IMG/VR virus record: IMGVR_UViG_3300032087_002469
Source of the DNA: a virus
Reading direction: 5' to 3' (one strand)
DNA: 26,332 nt
The notes under the pieces: generated by a model
Database searches by the model: none
Seen by the model: the letters and a program-made list of their open reading frames with translations, nothing else
What the model was told of the DNA's origin: nothing
Made by a program: the position numbers and the translations under genes
Shown here: positions 8,367 to 13,948 of the stretch, one piece after another
Numbering within the stretch: position 1 is the stretch's first letter
Layout of the letters: each line of letters begins with the position of its first letter

Positions 8367-8783
8367 ATGGCCTTAAAAAAACGTGAATCATTGTTGTTTC
8401 AACGAATGCGTAAAAACATTAAAAAGGCGCATTTTACAAGGATAGAAAGCTCAACTGTACAAGGTATTCCAGACGTACATGGGTGTATAGATAGTAGGTC
8501 TTTTTGGATTGAAATGAAGTCAACTGAGGACAAGTTTCCGGTACTGTCTAAGTTCCAAATGGCTTGGTGTTATGAGTATCAAAGAAATGGTGGTAGCGTT
8601 TTCGTGCTGCATTCGGCCCTCTCGCAAAGAGCCTTGAAACTTTACAAGGTGTCCGGTGAGGTGGATCCCTCGTCCCCATCCTCGTTTTCTCGTTCCCTCG
8701 TTCTCGTTTATAGCTCACCGGACCCTGTGCCGTCCCTGGCCTGGCGCCAGCTCAGGATGCAGCTGGTGAGAAATAGTTCTTGA
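8367..8783 (+). CDS. VRR-NUC-like PD-(D/E)XK nuclease with a repeat-derived C-terminal tail
   Basis: GIPDVHG...FWIEMKST...LSKFQMAW......GG..FVLHSALSQRALKLY; after about residue 93 the protein is encoded by GC-rich repeat sequence. Confidence 0.75.
   Translation: MALKKRESLLFQRMRKNIKKAHFTRIESSTVQGIPDVHGCIDSRSFWIEMKSTEDKFPVLSKFQMAWCYEYQRNGGSVFVLHSALSQRALKLYKVSGEVDPSSPSSFSRSLVLVYSSPDPVPSLAWRQLRMQLVRNSS
8651..8723 (+). repeat. Inverted repeat GTCCGGTGAG / CTCACCGGAC enclosing a CTCGTT tract
   Basis: Perfect 10-bp arms 8651-8660 and 8714-8723. Confidence 0.7.
8669..8766 (+). repeat. GC-rich modular repeat copy A
   Basis: CCTCGTTTTCTCGTTCCCTCGTTCTCGTTTAT ... CGTCCCTGGCC-CTGGCGCCAGCTCAGGATGCAGCTGG. 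Confidence 0.7.
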
Positions 8784-8807
8784 CAGCAAAACCTCGTTTG
8801 ATATAAA
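8780..8807 (+). promoter_or_regulatory. Strong predicted sigma70-like promoter
   Basis: TTGACA (8780-8785), 16 nt, TATAAA (8802-8807). Confidence 0.65.
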
Positions 8808-8813
8808 GGAAAA

Positions 8814-8938
8814 GTCCATAAGGATTACTCAAGAGTAAAGCTCTGGCCTCCGTCCATGGAGAGAGTGCAGCGTGGCGAAACCTCGGTAGTCCTTATTTAT
8901 CATCTGTCGCCATCGGTTGGCTTTTGCTAGCCGGTGGC
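8814..8938 (+). ncRNA. Candidate structured noncoding RNA of unknown family
   Basis: Nested helices: ATAAGGA/TCCTTAT (8818-8824/8890-8896), TTACT-CAAG-AGTAA (8825-8838), CTCT..CTCC/GGAG..AGAG (8841-8865), 13-bp GCCATCGGTTGGC-TTTT-GCTAGCCGGTGGC (8909-8938); preceded by a promoter; no plausible CDS. Confidence 0.45.
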
Positions 8939-8949
8939 CTCCATCAATT

Positions 8950-9056
8950 CCTCGTTTTCATTCCTCGTTTCCTCGTTCTCGTTCCTCGTTTATGTCCAAC
9001 GTCCCTGGCCATCCTTCACCAGCTGGTGCTGCCAGGAGCAGACTGGCGTGATGGAA
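8950..9056 (+). repeat. GC-rich modular repeat copy B
   Basis: TCCTCGTTTTCATTCCTCGTTTCCTCGTTCTCGTTCCTCGTTTATG...CGTCCCTGGCC...CACCAGCTGGTG. Confidence 0.7.
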
Positions 9057-9062
9057 GCTCGG

Positions 9063-9143
9063 ATCCTCGTTTCCTCGTTGGGAAATGTACCTTTTGCTTA
9101 CCTGATTAAGCAGCTGGGCACCAGCACTGGCGTACCAGCTCAG
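9063..9143 (+). repeat. GC-rich modular repeat copy C
   Basis: TCCTCGTTTCCTCGTTGG ... AGCAGCTGGGCACCAGCACTGGCGTACCAGCTCAGG. Confidence 0.65.
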
Positions 9144-9183
9144 GACTCACCTGCTGTTACGAAAATTTATTTGAAAATAGTTC

Positions 9184-9212
9184 TTGACATCTATCCCATG
9201 AGGTCTTATCTA
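9184..9212 (+). promoter_or_regulatory. Predicted promoter, duplicated upstream box
   Basis: AAATAGTTCTTGACA identical to 8771-8785; TTGACA, 17 nt, TATCTA. Confidence 0.45.
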
Positions 9213-9304
9213 TATACGCATGTGGATTTTATATACGACAACAATTTACCTTTTGCTGTTATTCGGCACAGGTATTATATCATTTAACTTTTAAAGGAGG
9301 ACAG

Positions 9305-9583
9305 ATGGAAAAAGGCAACATAGTCTACTCGTGTAAAGAACACGGAGTGGAAACATATTTTAATATTAAAAAATTAGAGAAGCATAGAAAGATGCGTAGC
9401 TATGTTTACGTTTGGTTTAAAGAGGAAGGACATGACGAAAAGATGTGGGTTAGGATTACATCGGGAGATAGGAAGAAAGGTCAAGGTCGCTTAGATAACA
9501 TGCCGACCCTCCTCGAACACTTGAAGCTCGGTGATCATGTGCGGTTTAAGACTGATAAAGGAGGCATCACATGGGGACGGTAG
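9305..9583 (+). CDS. Hypothetical protein
   Basis: 92 aa, RBS AAAGGAGGACAG. Confidence 0.75.
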   Translation: MEKGNIVYSCKEHGVETYFNIKKLEKHRKMRSYVYVWFKEEGHDEKMWVRITSGDRKKGQGRLDNMPTLLEHLKLGDHVRFKTDKGGITWGR

Positions 9584-9921
9584 ACATCAAGCAGTGGCTC
9601 GTTCTCGGTGAGAAAGAAGAACGATTCTTAATTAAAGATATAGCTGATCACGGCTGCGAAGGAGGCGTGGGTGGTTTGATATACTATTGGGAAACTACCG
9701 CATTTCATGACGAACATGAAAAAGAAATTTGGGATATTGTAAAACGTTTTGCTGATGACAGCGGCCAGACTATTATGGAGTACTTAGCAATTGTTGCGAA
9801 GGATGCCGGTTCACTGGACCAACTAAGATGCACCCTCGTTTGGCTTGCCGTTGAGTCGGTAGCGCAGGACCTACATGAAGAGCGCCAGGCACCAGCTGCA
9901 GGTGAAGCTGCGTGTTCGTAA
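9571..9921 (+). CDS. Conserved phage hypothetical (DUF7222-like by recall)
   Basis: 116 aa with DIADHGC.GGV.GLIYY.ETTAFHDEHE.EIWD pattern; GC-rich Ala-rich tail. Confidence 0.7.
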   Translation: MGTVDIKQWLVLGEKEERFLIKDIADHGCEGGVGGLIYYWETTAFHDEHEKEIWDIVKRFADDSGQTIMEYLAIVAKDAGSLDQLRCTLVWLAVESVAQDLHEERQAPAAGEAACS

Positions 9922-10154
9922 TTTTTCTACTAATATTTGCTTGCATTCTTTGGCCTGAGCTCACCTCGTTCTCGTTTTGGATCGTGGTCTCGTTGGTGGT
10001 AATGGCCTTCCAAGGAGCTGGCCAGGCGATGCAGCCAGCACCAGTTCCTGCTGGATCAGGGTACGAAGCTGTACTCCCTATGGAAAAATTAATGTTTGAC
10101 ATCTATCCCATCTATGATAAGACTTCTACATTAACTAAAACAAAGGAGAAAAAA
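9912..10154 (+). CDS. Possible small membrane protein or N-terminal extension in frame with the next gene
   Basis: GTG start; hydrophobic VFVIFLLIFACILWPELTSFSFWIVVSLVVMAF then PAPVPAGSG; no stop before 10155. Confidence 0.25.
9964..10058 (+). repeat. GC-rich modular repeat copy E
   Basis: CCTCGTTCTCGTT...CTCGTTGG ... GGAGCTGGCCAGGCGATGCAGCCAGCACCAGTTCCTGCTGG. Confidence 0.6.
10096..10121 (+). promoter_or_regulatory. Possible promoter or duplicated promoter fragment
   Basis: TTGACATCTATCCCAT identical to 9184-9199; -10 weak. Confidence 0.35.
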
Positions 10155-10577
10155 ATGGGACTAGATCAATTTGCACATTTGCGAGATCAAAAACCTGATT
10201 GGGAAAAGATCTATTCAGATGAACATGAACCAAAGAAAGATGGATTTGTGTGGAGAAAACACGCAAGACTTCAACAGTTCATGGCAGTCCAACACGCTAA
10301 ACAAAACAAGCACCAAGTACATGAAGGAGATTTAGCACATCTCGGATTTAACGGTGGCGATGAACCTGTATTTATTACAGAGGAACTCGTGAAGGATTTA
10401 GCTGAAGCCATTCGCACAGACTTCAAGGACTTTGTTGCAACAGATGGATTTTTCTGGGGGCAACAGTTTCAAGAGGAAAGTGTGAAAGAAAATAAAGAAA
10501 TGGATTTAGAGTTTTTGCAATGGTGTCGTGACATGATTGCAGAAAAAAAAGTGGCTATCTATCATTGTAGTTGGTAG
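10155..10577 (+). CDS. Conserved phage hypothetical MGLDQ-type protein
   Basis: AAAGGAG RBS before ATG 10155; MGLDQFAHLRDQKPDWEKIYSDEHEPKKDGFVWRKHARLQQFM...; refined from track start 9912. Confidence 0.75.
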   Translation: MGLDQFAHLRDQKPDWEKIYSDEHEPKKDGFVWRKHARLQQFMAVQHAKQNKHQVHEGDLAHLGFNGGDEPVFITEELVKDLAEAIRTDFKDFVATDGFFWGQQFQEESVKENKEMDLEFLQWCRDMIAEKKVAIYHCSW

Positions 10578-10588
10578 ATACTCACACT

Positions 10589-10640
10589 ACGAGCGAGGTC
10601 TTTTGTCAGAGTAGCTCCTGTTTTAGACCTCGTTTCTCGT
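10589..10640 (+). promoter_or_regulatory. Stem-loop built from the CTCGTT repeat motif
   Basis: ACGAG-CGAGGTCT (10589-10601) pairs with AGACCTCG-ttt-CTCGT (10625-10640). Confidence 0.5.
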
Positions 10641-10666
10641 TTGCCGTTTGATCGGCAAACTTTTTT
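10639..10666 (+). terminator. Rho-independent terminator
   Basis: GTTTGCCG-TTTGAT-CGGCAAAC followed by TTTTTT. Confidence 0.85.
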
Positions 10667-10680
10667 ATTTAACTTACCAG

Positions 10681-10698
10681 TCCCAGCTGGCACTGGGA
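10681..10698 (+). repeat. GC-rich modular repeat copy F, 3' part
   Basis: TCCCAG-CTGGCA-CTGGGA hairpin with CAGCTGG core, following a CCTCGTTTCTCGTTTG tract at 10629-10643. Confidence 0.5.
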
Positions 10699-10722
10699 TT
10701 TCTTTCGGAAGGACAGGTGGAG

Positions 10723-10893
10723 ATGACAGATAAAGCTGACCAATGGATTTGGTTTAAAAATAAAAATGGAAGAACATGTAAAATTAAGTTGAAGACTTTA
10801 CTTACTCGTGTTAGTAATTCTAATATTAACTATTACGCAACAAGGAGAGAAACCAATGGCACAACAAAACGAAGAACATTTAGAAGTAATTAG
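10723..10893 (+). CDS. Hypothetical small protein
   Basis: AAGGACAGGTGGAG RBS before ATG 10723; track start 10648 lies inside the terminator. Confidence 0.6.
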   Translation: MTDKADQWIWFKNKNGRTCKIKLKTLLTRVSNSNINYYATRRETNGTTKRRTFRSN

Positions 10894-11026
10894 TAGAAAC
10901 AAAGCTAAAGCTTACGAAGAGCAGAAAGAAATGCGTGAGGAGTGTTCGGCATTCATTACCACTTGCTCAACCTTTCATTTGCAGGAAATACATTCAGAGA
11001 TCAGACGACTAAAGAAGAAGTATTAA
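10856..11026 (+). CDS. Hypothetical small protein
   Basis: AAGGAG RBS before ATG 10856 (MAQQNEEHLEVISRNK...). Confidence 0.6.
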   Translation: MAQQNEEHLEVISRNKAKAYEEQKEMREECSAFITTCSTFHLQEIHSEIRRLKKKY

Positions 11027-11027
11027 T

Positions 11028-11084
11028 ATGCTTATCCTCGTTATAGTCCTCGTTGCAATCTCGTTTCTCGTTATAGACCAATAG
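11028..11084 (+). CDS. Possible 18-aa hydrophobic micropeptide encoded by the CTCGTT tract
   Basis: ATG...TAG translates MLILVIVLVAISFLVIDQ. Confidence 0.25.
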   Translation: MLILVIVLVAISFLVIDQ

Positions 11085-11125
11085 CAGCTGGGCGCCAGTC
11101 CCAGCACCAGATCCCAGCACCAGTT
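11036..11125 (+). repeat. GC-rich modular repeat copy G
   Basis: CCTCGTT x2, CTCGTTTCTCGTT, then AGCAGCTGGGCGCCAG and TCCCAGCACCAG twice (period 13). Confidence 0.65.
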
Positions 11126-11276
11126 TTTGCGAAGGTCAAGTTATTTTTTTTTCGTGAAGTTCTAAAAATTTGCCATGATGTCTAGGTCGCATGACAGGGC
11201 AAATCTTAATGTGCGTTGCTCTATGGAAGACTTTTTTTTAGATAAAAAAGAATTTGCATTATCTTTTAAAATAAAT

Positions 11277-11308
11277 TAGATTTAAGACAAATCTATATTT
11301 TATAGATT
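11277..11308. promoter_or_regulatory. Operator-like inverted repeats
   Basis: TAGATTT-aagac-AAATCTA overlapping AATCTATA-TTT-TATAGATT upstream of the CDS at 11334. Confidence 0.4.
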
Positions 11309-11333
11309 AACAACTAACAAAGGACAAATAACA

Positions 11334-11741
11334 ATGACAACACAACAACAAAAAGTCCAAGTCTTAGACAAAGGACAAAAACAAGTTTGTAATTCATTTA
11401 TTGATCAATCATACTTGTTAAGTAAATATCAAACTTTAAAAGCTGACACAAAAGAAATTGTGAACGAGTATTTTTTAAAGTTAAAACAAAACATAATCAT
11501 ATTATCTAACACTAGATATATTCAAAAGATTGAACGAACTCAAAGGAGATTTGATAGTAAGTCATTTATTGATTATGTGACAGGCAAGGCAACAACCAAT
11601 GAAAAGTTGAGTTATAAAGAAGTGTTAGCACAAATAAACTGCTTTTATAAATCAATAAAAGTTGTTGAGTTAAAACCCTTTGATGATAAGTTAGAGAGTG
11701 AAAAAAGAAAAACTAAAAAAGGAGAAAAAACAAATGCCTAA
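11334..11741 (+). CDS. Hypothetical protein
   Basis: 135 aa ORF. Confidence 0.65.
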   Translation: MTTQQQKVQVLDKGQKQVCNSFIDQSYLLSKYQTLKADTKEIVNEYFLKLKQNIIILSNTRYIQKIERTQRRFDSKSFIDYVTGKATTNEKLSYKEVLAQINCFYKSIKVVELKPFDDKLESEKRKTKKGEKTNA

Positions 11742-12036
11742 TAACAATGACAATAGCAACCTACCCTCAATGAGTGTTTTATCTCAAATGATACAGACGA
11801 CTATGCAGAACAAAGGCATAGATCAATCAAGAGTGCAATCACTATTGAACGAAGACGCAAATGGTAAAACTCTCAATTACCAAATACTTTATAAGTTATT
11901 GGAGAGTGCAGTTGAGGAATTTATCCTAATCAACAATGGCAATCCTTTAGCTGATGACTTTAGAAATAGAGTATTAGATAAAATGTCAGATGTTGTTAAT
12001 ATGCTGACAGGCAATCAACCACCTAACAACAGCTAA
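11734..12036 (+). CDS. Hypothetical protein
   Basis: GGAGAAAAAACAA RBS; start refined from 11698 to MPNNNDNSN. Confidence 0.65.
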   Translation: MPNNNDNSNLPSMSVLSQMIQTTMQNKGIDQSRVQSLLNEDANGKTLNYQILYKLLESAVEEFILINNGNPLADDFRNRVLDKMSDVVNMLTGNQPPNNS

Positions 12037-12046
12037 TCAATTCCGA

Positions 12047-12073
12047 TTGCGTGGCGACTAGATCGCCACGCAA
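12047..12073 (+). repeat. Perfect hairpin TTGCGTGGCGA-CTAGA-TCGCCACGCAA
   Basis: 11-bp stem, 5-nt loop, no T-tract. Confidence 0.7.
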
Positions 12074-12180
12074 CCCACCCTCACAACCTCAATAGAGGTA
12101 CCAAGCCCACCAATTACACAGCTTTCCATATCCTAACCCCAACCCCCCTTTTTGTTGTTTTATGGTACCTGACGCTGCCC

Positions 12181-12208
12181 TTTACAATCAGAAACACACA
12201 TGTATAAA
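12181..12208 (+). promoter_or_regulatory. Predicted promoter upstream of terL
   Basis: TTTACA, 16 nt, TATAAA. Confidence 0.45.
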
Positions 12209-12221
12209 CTATTAAATACTT

Positions 12222-13688
12222 ATGAATCTCGACACATTAACCACTGATCAGTTAAGAGATCGTGTAGAAAAATTATATATTGAACATATAAAACTTTGTC
12301 AGGATAATTTTTTATATTTTGTTCAAACTGTTTGGCCAGATTTTATTTGCAGAAAAGCAAAAGAAAAAGAAAAGTGGGGCCATCATCAACATATTGCTGA
12401 CGAGTTAACTACTATTGCAAGAGGCTCAAAAGGGAGGCTCATTGTGAATATGCCACCCCGTCATACTAAATCTGAATTTGCATCTTTTTTGTATCCAGCT
12501 TGGTACATAGGGAAGTTTCCTAAGAAAAAAATTATGCAAGTTTCTCACAACGCAGAACTAGCAGGTAGGTTTGGTTCCAAAGTAAGAAATTTAATTGATA
12601 GCCCAGAGTACAAACAGATCTTCGGAGATGTTAAACTTCGGGAAGATAGTAAAGCAAAAGGCAGGTGGGAGACTAACCATGGCGGTGAGTACTTTGCAGC
12701 GGGTGTTGGCGGTTCTATCACAGGACGAGGGGCTGATTTGCTTATTATAGATGATCCTCATACGGAGCAGGATTCTTTATCGGATTCCGCTATGGAGAGA
12801 GCATTCGACTGGTACAACTCGGGACCCAGACAACGTTTACAACCAGGTGGTTCCATCTTGTTAGTAATGACTAGATGGGCTCAAGATGATTTAACAGGTA
12901 GGTTGTTAAAAGGACAATCTGAACCTAAAGCTGACAAATGGAAATTAATAGAGTTCCCTGCAATACTAGAATCAGGAAATCCTGTTTGGCCTGAGTATTG
13001 GAGTAAAGAAGAACTAGAAGCAGTTAAGGCATCTATTACTCCAAGAAACTGGAACGCACAATACATGCAGGACCCGGTGGCCGAAGAAGGAGCAATCATT
13101 AAAAGAGATTGGTGGATCCCTTGGAAAGGAGAGGTTCCATCTCTAAAGCATGTTATACAAAGTTACGATACTGCATTTTCTAAAAAAGAAACTGCTGACT
13201 ATAGTGCGATTACTACTTGGGGTGTATTTGAACCTACAGAAGGAGACACTTGTTTAATTTTATTAGACGCAGAAAAAGGTCGTTGGGATTTTCCAGAATT
13301 AAAAGCTGTTGCATTTGAAGCATTTAAATATTGGGAACCTGAATCTGTTGTAGTTGAGGCTAAAGCATCTGGACAATCTTTAATACAAGAATTAAGACGT
13401 GCTGGTATTCCTGTAATAGATTTTATTCCTAGTAAAGGAAAAGATAAACATTCTAGAGTAAATGCTTGTGCTCCTGTTTTTGAGTCCCAAAACGTATATT
13501 TTCCAGAAGGAGCTCATTTTGCAGACGAAGTTATTGAAGAATGTGCAGCGTTTCCTTTTGCTCAACACGATGACTATGTAGATTCTATGACCCAAGCTGT
13601 GTTAAGATACCGTCAAGGAAATTTCGTTTCAACATATTTAGATGAACCCGAGGGTATGAAGATCGAAAGAGAATATAAATATTATTAG
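12222..13688 (+). CDS. terL: Terminase large subunit
   Basis: RLIVNMPPRHTKSEFASFLYPAWYIG, DLLIIDDPH, C-terminal nuclease-like QSYDTAFSKKETADYSA. Confidence 0.95.
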   Translation: MNLDTLTTDQLRDRVEKLYIEHIKLCQDNFLYFVQTVWPDFICRKAKEKEKWGHHQHIADELTTIARGSKGRLIVNMPPRHTKSEFASFLYPAWYIGKFPKKKIMQVSHNAELAGRFGSKVRNLIDSPEYKQIFGDVKLREDSKAKGRWETNHGGEYFAAGVGGSITGRGADLLIIDDPHTEQDSLSDSAMERAFDWYNSGPRQRLQPGGSILLVMTRWAQDDLTGRLLKGQSEPKADKWKLIEFPAILESGNPVWPEYWSKEELEAVKASITPRNWNAQYMQDPVAEEGAIIKRDWWIPWKGEVPSLKHVIQSYDTAFSKKETADYSAITTWGVFEPTEGDTCLILLDAEKGRWDFPELKAVAFEAFKYWEPESVVVEAKASGQSLIQELRRAGIPVIDFIPSKGKDKHSRVNACAPVFESQNVYFPEGAHFADEVIEECAAFPFAQHDDYVDSMTQAVLRYRQGNFVSTYLDEPEGMKIEREYKYY

Positions 13689-13696
13689 GAGATACA

Positions 13697-13948
13697 ATGG
13701 CTAAAAAAAATAAAAAGAAACTAAAACTAGAAGAATTATTGTTACTTGAAACAGAAGGACCCAGAGGTAATCCTCCAGTGATTGAAGAGTATGAAGATGC
13801 GAGAGAAAATGCAATGATTAATAGAGATGTTCCTACAATGAAGCATGGTGGTAGTCCATCATGTGGATGTGAAGAATGTATGGGTGCATCTAAAGCTAGA
13901 GGAGCAGGAGCAGCAATTAGCGGTACAGGATTTAAAGGTGTATTCTAA
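13697..13948 (+). CDS. Small conserved phage protein with CGCEEC motif and GFKGVF C-terminus
   Basis: 83 aa ORF, RBS AGGAG. Confidence 0.7.
   Translation: MAKKNKKKLKLEELLLLETEGPRGNPPVIEEYEDARENAMINRDVPTMKHGGSPSCGCEECMGASKARGAGAAISGTGFKGVF

Noticed and set aside
8615-8635. Hairpin-like GGCCCTCTCGCAAAGAGCC
   Set aside because: Short stem with bulge and within the conserved nuclease coding region; likely chance.
8867-8882. GCGTGGCGAAACC resembling part of a hammerhead ribozyme core
   Set aside because: No CUGAUGA-type partner sequence in suitable position and helices do not match the hammerhead fold.
8924-9287. Overlapping ORFs 8924-9109 and 8934-9287 in the repeat region
   Set aside because: No RBS, start inside the candidate RNA hairpin, composition explained by repeat copies B and C; better viewed as noncoding.
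9836-9906. Possible repeat copy D (CCTCGTTTGG ... GCGCCAGGCACCAGCTGCAGG)
   Set aside because: The CTCGTT part encodes LVWLAVE, which fits the protein family, so only the 3' CCAG-rich end is suspicious; not counted as a full copy.
9773-10102. 109-aa minus-strand ORF
   Set aside because: Antisense to two supported plus-strand ORFs; low-complexity translation of GC-rich repeats.
10648-10722. N-terminal extension of the 10648-10893 ORF
   Set aside because: It starts within the rho-independent terminator; a good RBS supports ATG 10723 instead.
8771-11130. Diversity-generating retroelement, retron or CRISPR array as explanation for the repeats
   Set aside because: No reverse transcriptase or cas gene in the window, and repeats are irregularly spaced mosaics without unique regular spacers or TR/VR pairing.
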